Shown: positions 22,577-37,060 of the stretch, one piece after another
Numbering within the stretch: position 1 is the first letter of the stretch
Layout: each line of letters starts with the position of its first letter
Source of the DNA: Raillietiella orientalis
Lineage: Eukaryota
Length of the DNA stretch: 64,000 nt
Assembly (NCBI GenBank): GCA_036172245.1
Contig: JAYWIR010000040.1
Span: 1,364,001-1,428,000 of the forward strand
Direction of reading: 5' to 3'
Translations under genes and position numbers: made by a program
The notes under the pieces: model-generated
What the model saw: only the letters and a program-made list of their open reading frames with translations
Databases searched by the model: none
What the model was told of the DNA's origin: nothing

Positions 22577-24999
22577 CTGGGACCACGGCGACCCCCAGAA
22601 GAAGACCCCAAATCTGGCCGAGATGCGAAGGGCTTGGAGGTGGGAGAATTCTGGGTCCAGAGTCTGGGTCGGGCTGGAACCTGGAACAGAGAAGGAGCGA
22701 GGAAGACGAGGGAGGACCGTTCTGCACTTGTTAGAAGTCCCTCGCTCGCGGCGGGAGCGCGAGGAAAGGGGGGCACGGTGCCCCAGAAAGCGACTCCCCG
22801 AGCATCGTGCGACTCCCCACCCCCCGCAAGAGGTCAGGGACTGACCGGTCTCTCAGCTGGCTGGAGGCAGAGAAGGAGGGAGGGGGGAATTCCCCGGACT
22901 CCATTCTCCCCGCCCTCCCCTGGATACGCGCGTGAGCCTCGTGGTGCTCTCCCAGGAAAGGAGGATCTAGCAGGATTCGCAGCGTCTCGCGGAGATCGCT
23001 CCTCCCCATCCCTTCTGCATGACCGCGGACGTGCCCGGCCTCCAGTAGAAACTCTGTGCCTTCCCTTCTTCCTCCTGATTCCTTTCCCCTTCCTCCCCCA
23101 CCTCACCCCTTATCCCACTCCGCCTCCATCCTCTGTTTCCTCCTCCCCTGCATACGTCGCCAGCCCTCTGTTCCTAGGGAAGACGCCCCTGTGGCGGCGA
23201 AGTTTGCTGTCTTGGCCGGAGGCGGAGCTGCTAGTGCGGAAGGAGGGAAGAAACGAACGAGCGACGAGCGTCAAGCTGCAAGGAGCTGCGGACTGACCTC
23301 AGAGGTCACGAATCGGTCACTCACTGATCTCCCCTGTGCCGTGAGGAAAGAGTCCCTTCCCCCCCCCCCCTTCCCTCCCTTCCCGCGCTTGCGAGCCTCC
23401 GAAGCCGCTTCGCGTCTCCAACCCGGAAGTCATCGGATTGCCGCCGAGTTCGCTAGGCGGTGTAGTCCGCGTATCTGCGCGATGATACGAAAAGAAGAAA
23501 AGAAAAGAAAGAGGGAGAAGTCGTTCCGTCCCTTCCAGCTCGCGCGATTCTTCCTTTTCCCTCCCTTGCTCCCTCGCACTCTGGTCTCGCTCGCTCGCGA
23601 AAAGGATGGAAGGAAGGGGGAAGGAAAGGGGAGGGAACTGACTCGTCCTCTCCCGGGAGGCTTCTTACCGTGGCGAATGAGCGACGGAGGGCGACAACGC
23701 CTTTCCTCGAGCAGACCGGCGGTGCGGGCGAGGGTGGAGGCTCCACTGGCTGCGGAGGGCTCATCTTGTCGGCGTGACGTCAACGGGCAGCCCCGGCGAC
23801 CTCCTTCGCCGTCCTCGATAATGGTCGAGGGAAAGAGAATACCGGAAGCGGGGGAGGCTGCGAGCTCCCCTTCCCCCTCAGAAAGGGGGAGGAAAGAGCG
23901 AAGGCTGTCCAAGGGCGCGCTTCCATCCGTTGCTGGTGAGGGAGGGAGGGAGGAAGGGGTAATTGTGCTCCTCCCCTTCTGCTGCTCGGGTTGAAGATCT
24001 CGTCCGTCTGTCCACCTCTGTCGCTGAGCAAACTCCCCACCCATCCCTGTCTCGAGGGTCAATAAGGCCTCCAAGGGTCGCAGATGTGGAGCGGGTTCGG
24101 AATTGGAGCCAAGCCAACGCAGCAGACGGCAGGAGAGCAGGCTCCAACGCCAACCGGGGAGAAACTCACTCCCCTCCGTCGGCGCTTTCTTTTCGTGCCT
24201 CCCGCATCCGCCTCGCTCGTTCCTGGAGGACAAATCGACATTTTCCTCCAATTCTGGTGTTCTTCCTCCTCTCACTTTTCGCTTTTGGCTCTCCTAGAGA
24301 TTCCCCGAGAAGTTGCTGGAAAACTTATCTCCGGGGCGCACCGAGCTGGAAGAGACCTGAGCTGGCGACGGCCTGAGCCTCGAGGAGGCTTTGGCAGCGG
24401 CCATAGGTTCTGGAAGGAACGATGCTGGTCTTCAGCTCCGGAGCGACCGAAAGTCTCGCGGTTCTCCTGCAAGAGTGAAGGCGCCCGTGCGGCGATGACA
24501 CACTCCTCTTCCTCAGGAACTCTCAACGGTCGAGAGGAGCGCAGCGGAAGCTGTGATCAGCGCCCAGTAGGAGGCTGCTGGTGCGCCACCACACTCGCAG
24601 GTCATCACTCCTTTGCGAAGCAGGGGAAGCAGAGGTTCCCTGTTGCTTGGAGGCAGGACGCCTTGTCTCACGTCGGGATGCCAGAAGCGGGTACGCTGGC
24701 ACGCACAAAGAGAACACGGAAGTTCACGGTTCCCAAAACGAGACCAGCATCTCCGCAGCCCTGTTCTTACACCCTGAGCTTCTGCTGTCCCCTCGGGGTC
24801 TCTCCTAAGAGACTCGTTCGGTTGCCGGACTCCGGCTGATGCCCCAGCGGCGTGGGAGGAGGAGTTGGGAAGGTGCCGAGCGGTGATTCCGCGGAGAGGC
24901 CATGCGTCCCCATCTGCGCGAAGGGCAGCCTCACGCCCGCTAGAGGTCGGTCTCTGCTCCTTTGTCTGCCCCGCCGGGGAAACGGTCTCCCTTTCACCC

Positions 25000-26300
25000 C
25001 ACCGCCTCTACTGCCTGGAAGCGCTGCTGCATGGATAGCTGCAGGAATGGATGCTTTCCGCGCCAGGTGCATGGCCCGTTGGTGCTGACCTGCGATCTGT
25101 AAAGAGCCTGCTCTCCACGGAAGGGGCTATTTTCCCACCGACGTCCACTGGAGCAGAGATCCGAGCTTCCGGCATCCCTTCTGGAGGAGGTTTTTTCCGA
25201 AGCATCCGCCAAGCTGGCCCTTGCGCCATCCGCTTCCTAAAATATCGATCGCTGATTGTCAAGCGTTGGCGCTCTCGCAGCCGCCCGACGAAGACACGCG
25301 GACACCAGGGAAATTCCAAAAAATCCTTTCTCAAGGAGCGTTTCCCGAAAACGAGATTTTTGGGTTTTCTGGACCGCGGACGGGCGTCCTTCGTCTGGCA
25401 AATTCTCATCCTTCAGGAAGCAGGCGCCCCATCTCCGGATCTCGGGTCTGCTTGGGGTCCGTATCGCGAGGACGAGAGATCCTGGCTGAGAGATGACTGA
25501 CCCGCACATTTTTGCCGGAGACCAAAGAACGAACGTGTCCAGAAGTGCAGGAAGCAAGACGGGACTCGGAGGCACTCGAGAGGCTCCAGGAAGAGGAGAG
25601 GTACCGGAGTTCGGCTGACCCCGATTGAGCAACGTGCTCAAGAGGTATCGAGGAGAACGGAGGATGAAGGGTATCTCTTTCAGGTGCGGCAGTGGAGCCG
25701 ACGAAGGCGGACGAGGCCCGCCAGCAACGCAAAGACGAACCGACACGCCTTGGGGAAAATAGTGGCATCCGTCGAGATGCCAAGAAGCTTGGGAAGCAAG
25801 AGAGACGTCGAGAGGGTCCGTAGACCGGGCAGCTGCCAACTGGCCGCGAGAGAGGTCTGAGGCGAGGCTGACCAACGAACAGCAGACTACCACCGTGGGA
25901 TGATGGTGAGGGGAGATGCGAAGGAAGGGAAGCAATCAGTTTCGAACTCTCGGTTCGAAAACAGTTTCCTTGGTTTCTCCTCTCTGACCTTTTGCCTGCA
26001 GGCATCTTTCCATCACATGTGATCTCAAAGAGAGAATCCTTTCTCAGATCGACATCTCTTGGGTGCATGATTGTCCTCGGCTCCTCGAGCCCTTGACAAA
26101 CACACATCCGGACGAATCTCAGATGAGTGGGAGGGATTCGGTTTTTCTCTGGACAGAGAATGTGGTGGTCGGAGGAATTAGGGGGATGACAAAAAATTCG
26201 AGGAACCGAAACAGGAAGGTTGAACACCCGTAAGAAACAAGGGAAAACGAGCTGTGGTACCCTCTTTAGCTGCGGAAAGGGAAGCGTCAGGTGATCCTAC
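25000..26300 (-). mobile_element. Possible heavily decayed retroelement remnant (class unresolved)
   Basis: Weak motif echoes only: CQTK...DFLEFP...LTISDRYF...LFTDRRS (integrase-like) and SDHHIL (APE endonuclease-like end), in broken frames. Confidence 0.25.
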
Positions 26301-29300
26301 TTCACCCCATTTCCTTCCCGATCACTTGCAGGATTGAGTACCCCGGTCATTTCTCAGAAGCTGGGGCAAATAGCACCCTTGGACCTGAGTTTCCGCCTTG
26401 TTTGTTTTGCTTTGTGTGCAGCTGAGCAAACACGAAGGTGCTGCGAGCTGTCGCATGGCTCCTGACATGAAGCAAAGCTCAAAATAAGCGGATGTTGCAG
26501 ACGTTTAAGGAGGCTTAACAGAACATCGGAACTCAGGTGAGTTCTGGGATTTTGTCGAGGAAGAAGTTCTTGTCCTGTTCTTGTGCTGTTTGAGGTTACG
26601 AAAGGCAGATCTGAGGAAAACCTTTCTGAATGACCTGTGGCAAAGTTGGTAATTGTGAATTGACGAGTGCACTCTATTTGTAAATTTACTGAAAGTTTTC
26701 AATTTCAAGAGATGAATTTTGCCAGCCACTTCTTGATATCACTGCCTTAAGGAAGTTCTTGATGGTTTCATGAACACTCCAAGATTAATTAGGTCTCTTA
26801 CCACTTCGGACTCGTATTTCTGGTTTCATAATCCTGCACGTTTATTCAGTTTCAGAAAACGAAATTCAGTTTCTGCACTTTGTTTTCTCCCAAGGGTTCC
26901 CATCACACCAAATGAAATGATGGCACGGATAGAATGTTCCCTAGGATTCATTTTTCCATCAGAGATGAGGAATCTCAGATCGAATGAACAAAATGGCACT
27001 TTGAGCCAACTGTTCATAAGGGCAGACTAATACGAAATCAATGAAATTGAAGTTGTAAAGGAAGCATTTTGCTCATTATGGAATACTGAAATTTTCAAAG
27101 GGATGCTTTTGGATCAAAGACACTTGAGAACAAGAAGACAGAATTCAAACGTGACAATTTAAAATATGAATGGTGAACAGTGGATTTAAAAACCACTTTC
27201 CAATATTGAACATCGAGGAGAAAAAATGCGCTTTTGATCATTGTATCTTTTAATTAATCTTTTTCTTTTATTATTACTTTTTCCCCACTGGACTTTATGT
27301 GGATGGATCATCAGGAGAAAATGAATCATTTGATGAAAAAATGCACAGTATGGTCCAGAATCCCTCATCAGCTTAGATGCTACTGCTATGCTTTTTTATG
27401 CATTTTCATTTCTAAAGAAGGAAAGTGCTAAATCTAGAAAAACAAGTTTTTTTCTTCATCTACAAAAAAAACAAAACTTTTACGGATCCCTTTTTTTTTT
27501 TAAAAAAAAAAAAGGCTTATTTTCTATTACTCTTTCATGGAAAAACATTTTCTTGCAAACAGCAATGTTGGAGAATACTGCACTTCAGTTGATGCCAACT
27601 CACCGAAAGTATGTTCACTTCAAGTAAGTGAACAAACATACACAAAAAACATAAACATGCATATAAAGTATCCCATATTTGATTTTTTAGCTCTATAATT
27701 TTATCTGATTCAGAATCGGACATCAACTTTTTTGCATTACTGTGTGGGAAAAAAGTCGAAGTTTCCATAATATAGTTGACAAGATGAATGTAATGTGAAA
27801 GTATGATATATGATGAGATTCTCGAATTTTAGGAAATTTAGAGATGAGTTCATTTCCAGTAATGTCCAAGAAAACTTTTTGTATAACAGATAAATTTTAA
27901 AGTTGGTGCAAATGTTGGTAATCGTAAAATGTGGATGCTCCATGTGCGGAATGATGCCCCCTTGAAATGAGACGGTGTGGGTAATAACAAAACCACAGCA
28001 GTGTAGGTGTTATTCTGCTGTTGGTTTATTCCCTTTTAGTCTTTTGGAATGGATACTGAGCTGTAAAGTTTGCTTAAATGTGAATGTAAGTACATTTTTG
28101 AACTCCAGGTATTTTTTTAGACCATTTAGTGAACTGCATATATTGTGCATTCAATACGTTAGCCTAATATTTTGTGTGGAACGAATGTAGTGACGGTGAA
28201 CTACCACTGAGGAGGGATGTTTATTTTTCGATGTGTTAGTTGATGGTTACACGTCTGTGTGACACAGATAATTTCATCAGGTACTGTTGGTATTAATTGC
28301 CTAGTGTTTTGCGAGCATTTTGTTTTATTTCGTATAAGTGTGAGCCTTACACAAGCACCATTTCATGTTAATGTCACTTCACTAATGGATTTCTGACTTA
28401 ACGACTTGGTGGAGCACGATCGGATATAAGAACTGCATAATCCGTATATTATGCATAATAACCGAATACGTGCTAACTTTTTTTTTCGTAAAAATTCTTG
28501 TTAGATGTTAAATACCTTTCAAAAAATAGGGGAGTTCTGATGACGGCGGTCACTGCACCAAAATGTAGGCATTTAAGTATGTATTCACTCATTATGTTAA
28601 CTCATCATGGGTACAAAATGAGTCAGCAATTTGAGATGTAAGAGTTTTTTTTTTTTTTTCCATTTAGCTGTACTCTGCATCAGTGTACCCAAGTTTGAGA
28701 GCGTGAAGTTTTATTTGACAAATGTAAGACTGAGTACTCAATTTTGCATTCACAGTAAGCGCAACTATTCAGAGAGCACGTGAAAAAATACAGCAATATA
28801 CGAAAAAAATATCAATTTATTCTATGTTTTTTAAATTACTTTATTAAGAACTTTAATAAAGAAATAAAGTTCGCCACAGGTTTCACACAGTTGGTGGTCC
28901 GAAATTCCAACCCTTAGTTGCAACTATAGAAAAATGTGGTGTTACCGTTAATAAAAAACGCCATCTCTTGATGTACTTAATTCAGTTATTATTATGTATT
29001 GATAATTATTGATCTGTGTGATTAAGATATAAGTAGTAAACTTCATAAAAGGATCTTATGACCACTATCAAATGGGCTAAAAAAAGATGAATTACATGAT
29101 CAAGAACCAACTATTTCTAACAGTAATTTTGTGAATATAACAGTTAAGCCTCTAATACAGAGACAACAAGAAAGCACTAATGACTAAAGGAAGCAATATG
29201 CATAGGGCACTGTGTGAATTGAGAATCAATAAAAGTAATGTAGGTATTTCTACTCATGGTTGTTCTGTACGTATAAGCAACCTGGAAACCTGTGTTAATT

Positions 29301-29653
29301 ATAGAATATGTATTAGGATCCTCGAAAACTGCAGTTTCCTTCCAAATAATGGCATGCTTCAAAAGCAATTTTTGTAATATTGCATCCGTTGGATTTTTCC
29401 AAGATTTGTTGTGCAATTAATGTACACACAGGTTCAGAGTAATCAAACAATTGGAACTATAAACAATCACACAAACATACTTTTTTTCTCCTGCAGCGAA
29501 ACTAGTTGCAAATACGTTGTTGATGTTACAATATCATGTTTGTAGATGAATTTAAGTTGATCATTGGATTGAAAAATCTTTACTGGAAAATATGAACAAC
29601 TAATGATGCTTTTGCACTTTTCAGGGTAAGTGATTATGAGATACAGAAATACC

Positions 29654-30178
29654 ATGAGTACCTGCCGCCTCTTGCCTAACATACTTATTACTGGAACTCC
29701 TGGAGTGGGCAAATCCTGCTTGTGTTCAGAATTAGAAAGTCAATCTGGCCTACAGTGGCTTTGTGTGGCTAGCATTTTAGAAGAGCACCAATTATATTTA
29801 GGCTATGATGAAGAATACCAGTGTCATGAATTAGATGAAGATGCCCTGCTGGATGAACTAAAGGACCGTGTTCTCCAAGGAGGAGTGATTCTGGATTATC
29901 ATGGCTGTGATTTGTTTCCCCGCTCATGGTTTGATGTAGTGTTTGTTTTACGTACAGACAATACACTTTTATATGATCGTTTATTAGCCCGTGGTTATTC
30001 AGGACGCAAACTTAAAGAAAACATTGAGTGTGAAATATTTCAAACTCTTTTGGAAGAAGCTAGAGAGGCATTCTCTTTAGATAATGTACATGAGTTGCCA
30101 AGCAATAACCCTGAAGATCTGGAAAATAATGTGGAAAAAATTTTGCACTGGATAAATGAGTGGAAGATGGAACATTAA
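29654..30178 (+). CDS. AK6: Adenylate kinase isoenzyme 6 (AK6/CINAP/Fap7); uninterrupted CDS
   Basis: LLPNILITGTPGVGKS P-loop, hhhDYHG motif (VILDYHGCDLFP), LRTDNTLLYDRL..RGYS..KL.ENIECEIF. Start assumed at accATG 29654. Confidence 0.96.
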   Translation: MSTCRLLPNILITGTPGVGKSCLCSELESQSGLQWLCVASILEEHQLYLGYDEEYQCHELDEDALLDELKDRVLQGGVILDYHGCDLFPRSWFDVVFVLRTDNTLLYDRLLARGYSGRKLKENIECEIFQTLLEEAREAFSLDNVHELPSNNPEDLENNVEKILHWINEWKMEH

Positions 30179-32085
30179 CACCCTTTCTGTATGCAAATGA
30201 TATTTCATGCCATCCATCATTTCAGTGCGATGAGAAGTTTGAATTCTTTTTATTGTGTTAAGAAGAATCTGCCATTTATGGGGCCAGTATTGAAGTATCC
30301 TTTATGTTGCATTTCAAAAGAACCCAAAAAGAGGCTAGTGCTGATATTGAGGAAGATTGTAAGGGTTAAATACAGTTTCACAATCCAGGTTATTTGTTTT
30401 AATTATCAGAAAGCTCAACCCAGCATAACACAAATTCTCATTCTCATTTTTCAGCACTGATAAAATCGATGGATTAAGTTATATGATTGTTTGGAGGTCC
30501 ACAGGTTCTTTATACATATCTTTAAATGTAAATCAAGAGATGCATGCCATGTAGCCATCATGTTTCTTCACTGCCACGAATCAAATCTTTCTAATTCAAT
30601 CTTTCCATGAATCTTTTATGGAACTGTTCTCATTTCATATTCATTGTTGTTTTATTTTTCCATATTAAATTGCCATCTGTTAGGGCCTCGACTTTGGCAC
30701 AGCTTTCCATTAAACTACATATTGGAGTTTTGACTGTCTGTTAACTTGCAGTCATCAGTGTAAGTAATTGCGATTACATCATTCATTTATGTGGAAGCAT
30801 TGACAGCAACAACATTTGAATTATTTCCCCTCGTGTTCTGTTCCAAGAACAGACAATTGCTTTTACTTAGTACCTATCTGTGTCGTTTCTTTTCCTGTCT
30901 AGCTCACAGGATTCTCACTAAGGTTTTGTGCAGATAGGATTCCCTAATCCATAGTGTTACAAAACCACAGTCAATGGTGTGCCTATTGTAAACAGCTTTA
31001 AAGGCCTCTTGGGGCTTGCCAGACCAAGATTTTCGACAGTGGAGGAATGTTATAAAGTCTCAATATCATTTAGCAAAATCGATCCATTGGTCAGCACTTT
31101 TGTGTTCGCGGTTTTCAGAAAAAAATTGTTTGCAAAATTTACTCAAGTGTTGTGTAATTATAAGTACGTGACAGATAATCTTTACTGACTCTTTTTTTGT
31201 ATGGCATTTTTTAAAGCATGACCTCTTCGATAAATTGTAGGATCAGAACGAGTGTTCATCAGCAGATAATTAATAAAGGAGAATATTTCCTTAAGTAAGA
31301 ACTTTATTCCGGTTACGGCTGAATACTCATTCAGGGAATGCAATTGACGTGTTTTGTGTTCCCAACTACATTCTCTTCGTTAAGTTAGCGTTTCCTTCCA
31401 AATAGTGGCTTCTTTTGAAAGCATGCTATTATTTGGAAGAAAACTGCAGTTTTAGAGGAAGCTAAGCACTATTCCATAATTAAACGCAGGCTTCCAGGCT
31501 GCTTACAAGCGAACATAAAACCGCATGCATAAGTACCACGTACATACCATATAACCGCATGCAGATAACTTACTGATTCTCAATTCACGCAGTGTGCCAT
31601 GCAGTTTTTTTTAACTAAGTTATATCTGCTTAGATAACGAAATTTGCGTATGCTGTATTTTTTTTTTAAATCTTTTCTATATAAATAAATAAAGAAGTAT
31701 ATACATGCTGATGAATACAGGATATATGTATACGAATGTCTGTGATGTATATGTACGCAATAGACGCATACTGTGAGAAAATGCTGATAACTGAATTGCA
31801 TTTCAATTATCCGAGTTGGTCATCAGAACTTTGGATCCTCCTCATCAGCTTCAAAGAGGAAAAAGATTTAATTGGGCTTCTAACCGTTGTCTGAGTTTCT
31901 CTTTTCTTTGTAAATGAACAATCAGACACCTTTTTTTATTCTTGTCTCAAGAATGCTGAATTTGATTTTTTTTTATTTTTTTGAAGGATCAATTTCAAAA
32001 ATCATCTGGTACCCTTGTGTTTGAGATGTTATGAAATGCTTCGTGTGTACCTGTTATCTAACCCCTCTCATGTAGTTGCAATAAT

Positions 32086-32924
32086 ATGGCTGCTGCTGCT
32101 GTACCTGTCATTGTTGTAACATTATTCTGGGCAGTAGTAGGTATTGTGCTACCATTTCTTTCTCCTAGAGGCCCGAATCGTCGGTAAGTAATTTTTAGTA
32201 ATGATTTTTGGTGTTTGCAAACTGAGGGTCCAGATGTTTTCTTTTAAACTATTCAAGAGAAGATGAATGCATGTGAACAATATTGGAAAGTATAAGCCGA
32301 AACAATGCTTGATACAAGTTTTAGACGACTTGTAAAAATTTGCAAGATTAATTAAATTTCTGATAATTCTTATGACATGTAGTACGTGCATTCTTCACAT
32401 ATGGACAGTTGATACGAGTTTGTTGTGATGTATTTTACAAAATCAGATATAAGCATACGTTATCATTACTAATTACAAAACTAAGCGAATATTGCGCTTT
32501 GAATTCCTAGCTTTCGTGTGATCTCGCAAAATAGAATTACTCAAAATCACTGCTTCAAAAGCGCACTGGCTGATGATGCAAGAAAATATATCAAATAATT
32601 ACCAATTATTGATTATTAATTGTTTTTATCCGTCAATGTTCGGTGAAGGATGACTTAATTATTTTTCTTTTCAAGGCTGACTCAAACTATCTTAATCTTA
32701 ACAGCATCATGCTGCTGGCTGTTGTAAGTAGAACCTTATAATCTGCTGGTGTCCATACGATTTTTATATATCATAGTTGGCTGTGTTGTTATATGATGCA
32801 GATGAATCCTTTGTTTGGTCCCATATTAAGCAATTCCACACTTTTAATTATGCAAAAAGAATGGGTAAATATAGTCATCTCCTGAAAAGTAATAAATTAT
32901 CATTTTCAGGGTAAAAATGTGTAA
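32086..32924 (+). CDS. ATP6V0E: V-type H+-ATPase subunit e (V0 e / M9.7)
   Basis: Exons 32086-32183, 32676-32723, 32777-32864, 32910-32924 give MAAAAVPVIVVTLFWAVVGIVLPFLSPRGPNRRLTQTILILTASCCWLFWLCCYMMQMNPLFGPILSNSTLLIMQKEWGKNV*, with the subunit-e CCWLFW and QxNPLxGP motifs. Not in the ORF track. Confidence 0.95.
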
Positions 32925-35900
32925 GTGAAGAGCCACAAGTATGAAGGATGTGCGCCCGTCTTCAATCATTGTGTTCTAGTCTAAGATATGAGGCATTTCT
33001 TGAGGCATATCTGATAGTTTTTCATCTTGTATGTAGTGTAGCCAAAAATTTCCCTACATATTCTTTGAAAGGAAATTAAATTTGTAATTGGTAGTAAGCA
33101 CATTATTAAAAAGACAAATCTTTAAGATAAGGTGCAAGGAAGACAATGGAAATTTCATATATCTGGTTGAAGAATGTGTGGATATCTTCCAGGAATAATG
33201 CAATAATCAGATCATAAACATGCATTCTTTTTGGTGTAGTACCCACAGAAACATTGGATTAGGCCGTTCATCTTAATAATTTTTATCTTAAAGATATCTA
33301 TTTGTAAAGCAAATTTATGTTTCCATGTAGTTGATCCAATAGAAACTCTTCTGAAGTGTCAAAATGTATAGAGGAAATCAGTGCAGCTTACTTGCTTAGA
33401 TAAGTGTTAGTAATTGCATAGCACATGCAATATTGCCCCAAACGCTTACGAGATATAAAACTAAGATATCTTAATGCGTTAGTACACCACAAATATGTAA
33501 AAGTTTGTGATGTGCCGAGTTTTCATGATTTGCCTTCCTTTATTTCAGCTCACCATTCAATTTTCGGCACTAGTCACATGGATTGCACCAACGTGCCCTG
33601 AGTTTTTTACTTTGAAGGGTAGATGCTGATTCCCACCGCCTTCAAATTTACATGCTTCTTGAGTTTTGTCATTGGCTTTGGGTACATGCGAAGTCCGATA
33701 CGTGGTTCGGTTTATTATATGGCATCCCTACAAGTAAACTGACGTTTTTGCGAGCACAGTCAGAAAGTATTCGGTGTACTCTTTCATGATATGCTTGTCT
33801 GCTGACTTCATGGAAAATCTTTTGAGTTGAACTTTTGTGAACAAACATCCCTTTTGGTTGCATGTTCGTAAATATGAAAATATCGGTAAAACTGTCCTTA
33901 TTTTAAAACTTTTTCGTAAATGGTATTGAATAGTGTCGATCAGGAAACGTTTTCTCGTCTTTGATTTATAACATGATTTTACAGGTAATTCGTTAATAGT
34001 CTTTATTTTCGAACAGTGTAGTTTCGTACAAAGGGTTGCGAGGGGAAACTTATGCATTTTTCGTGTTGCTTAGCCTACCACCCTGAAACATGCTTTAATT
34101 ACGGTTCCACTATTCAAGATTCATTCATTAATTTGAACCACACTTCGCATGAGGGATACGTGTTATTCGTACCCGATTCGTTGAAATGCCATAATTAGTG
34201 GCCCTACGATTGTGGAGTCTCAGATTTCAAATGAAAGGGTTTTCGAGGAATCGAGATGTTCTCGTATTGCGGGAGCAGCCTACAGATAGGATGCATTTGT
34301 TGCCATGTTTTGAAAGAAGAATAAAAGAAAAAATTATTAACATACTGAAATCATTATTTGCGAGTTTGTCCGTCCGGGATCGTTGTCTTTGTGATTCCAT
34401 AGGTCCATTTCCTTGATAGTTGAATATTTCCTTATTTTCTTAGCTCTTCAGGAGAGAGGTGGTTCCACTGTTGGAAATCGGGCGCGAAAATTACGTAACG
34501 TTCTGTGCCGTAAGCAGTAGTGGGCATTAGTTTTAAACAAAATTAACCAAGACGATTCATTTCGACAGTTTGGGGGTCAAATAACCTCACAAGAGTTGGT
34601 GTTTGCAATTAAATGAGTAAACATGAAATGTAAATGAGATTCACGCCTTGCGTGTTGCATTCTCATCCACACTGAACACAACGTGCTGGCGATTGTGATA
34701 ACAGTCAAACATTTTGATGAGAGTAATTTCGAAACACAAGACAGAGAAAAAACAGCTCGTTCCTCTTGCTTATCTAACTATTTACATTAGTACAGCTACT
34801 AAGACCGTTTCTTGTTTTCCTTTCTAAAAAGGGATTGCACTCTTTTTCTTTTAGTTTCCCACAATGTCATTTACTCTACAAATTCCAAGGTTTTCATACA
34901 TTTAAGAACACCCTTGAAATTCTTAGCTCGAGAAGAAAATCTCACTTTGCACTTATGTTTCTGTGTGATCAGGGTTGTTTGACCGAAAACGAAAATACAC
35001 AACCCAGGATCCTAATTCTGTGAATTAGCTGGCTTAAACTAGAGAAGGAAGATTCCATAATTTTTGAAGACGCTACGAGGGCGGATCCATTTTAACACCA
35101 AATTAACATTTTGTCAACTTTACGTGAAGAGCCCAAACGCGAATCTAAAGGGAGTTCTGCAACAGCGTCTTCAGCCATCGGGGGTGTAGTGTATGACCCC
35201 TGGAAAATAGTATACGATTGCATCTCTGTTCAGCATTTGGAATGAAATTTATAGATTACATTTTCGGAATTGTAGGCATCATTTCGTACAATTCCTACAG
35301 AAAGGAAGTAAGCAGATCAAATCCTGAGACGTTTCAAGGTTTAGCATAGGCAAAGAGAGTCCTTGCTAATAATCGAAGGAAGAAAGTTATGAAGCTGTGT
35401 TCTACTGAAGTTTCATTAAAATTGAAAGAAGTCTCGTATCCAATTTCAATAAAATAAAAAAAATAAGGTTGTTGCAGATATTTAATGGAAATGAAATGGC
35501 CTGAGACAGGAGACAATCTAAGAAGCTAAAGCTTACAAATGCATTTGTATTATGGGCATTTAGAGCGATAGAAATCCCAGCAAAACATGCGATTGCAATT
35601 AGACACTACTGAGAAATAATGGAGAATAGAGGAAAAAGTGAAATTATACACGGTTTGGGAAAACCGGGGGTGGAAACAAAAGCTCCTGAATTAATCTGAA
35701 AAATGAAATAGTCAAATCCGAGCTTATTTCTAACTTTGCAAAGCAGTCTGCAAGGAAAAAGAAAAACCAAATCAAGAATCTAGGAGCTTAACATACACGG
35801 AGCACATTACGTACTCGTTAGAGTCATGCAGAACATAACAAAAATACAGACCATGCTTGAACCCTGCTTGCCTACAGAATTTCAAAGTTCTTCCCAGTAA

Positions 35901-37060
35901 TGGCAATCATTAATATGACCGGCTAGCGAAAATGCCCCAAAAATTCTCCATATTGAAAAGATTATGGATTCCCAAATTCCTGAAAGGCACGATGCGATGT
36001 TCAAATCTGGTTGTATTACCTTGAATACGAATGGACATGACTGCAAACAGTCTACTAGCTGCATGTCCGCTTTAGATCTTAGGAATCGTTTCATAAGCAG
36101 CAGAAAGAGGAACGGTAGTGGAACAGTATGACCCATAGCGAGCCTATTGGTAGACAGAAAATAAAAAAAACATATTCGCAGACGCACATGTGTACAACAA
36201 GGAACTGTGTACACCAAAAAACAGCTTTCACGCTGTGCGGTGCAGCAAAGCATGCAGCCTCCTCCCCGCTTCCCGTGGGGCCGTTCCCTGAGATGCCGGC
36301 TGCTCCTGGACCGAAAATGGGTCCGCATCTCTTTCACTCCCTGCGCCGCAGCGGCCGGCAGTAGGGGGCAGGAAGTTTTCTGGAAGTCCCCGTACCGTGA
36401 TTTCCCCAGGAGTAATTTCTGGATTCGTCATGCACTACATGAGAATGACGGATGCAATTCGATGTCTGACATATTTGTGTGCAATAAAAAATGTAAAACA
36501 TTTGAGTTAAATTACTTCATTGAATCTTCCAAGCCTCCTCTCTTCATGTTGTGTGCGTGCCTTTTTACATTATCAGGTTATAATTTGATTTTTTACGTCA
36601 TTTCAATGGAAATGCACTCTTGATATCGAGCATTTTGATTGCAGACGTTCATAAGGTAGCACTTTGAAACAGCGATGAATACCCAAAGTTACAAGTGAAT
36701 GTTTTTTTCAAACTAGCAAAAAAGAAGCTGCCTTCCAGATTTTCTTTTCAATGTCAGGGTACAAGCGTGTTTGTGCAAAGTGATTTTTTGATCTATTATG
36801 GAAGAAACGCATTTTCTGATAGCAAATGCATATGATACCAAAAATTTATACTTGTAATCAAGAAATGTAAGATTCATCTCTAAAACTTTTAAAAGCTGTC
36901 TGAGGATGCATTTTGCTTGATACAGGTGAGATTTTCAAACCCTTGTGGAATGATGTCGAATGTCATTGTTAACAAAAGCAATGAAATATTGTTATCTATA
37001 ATTTCAGGTTACCGTTTAAAAAGTTCTTTTTTTTTTTTTTGCTAGTATGGTTTTTACTTG

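Noticed and set aside
12422..24839. Long six-frame ORFs (e.g. 12461-13660, 16532-17698, 20742-22076, 23056-23994)
   Set aside because: Arg/Pro/Ser/Gly-rich and overlapping in several frames, as expected from stop-codon scarcity in GC-rich DNA; some overlap the real exons antisense or out of frame.
4400..26300. Endogenous large DNA virus or bacterial insertion as the origin of the GC-rich block
   Set aside because: No viral or bacterial core-gene motifs recognised; the only convincing genes have spliceosomal introns with branch points.
36350..36375. CTCF-like motif gcagtagggggcag
   Set aside because: Single imperfect short match; not supportable from sequence alone.
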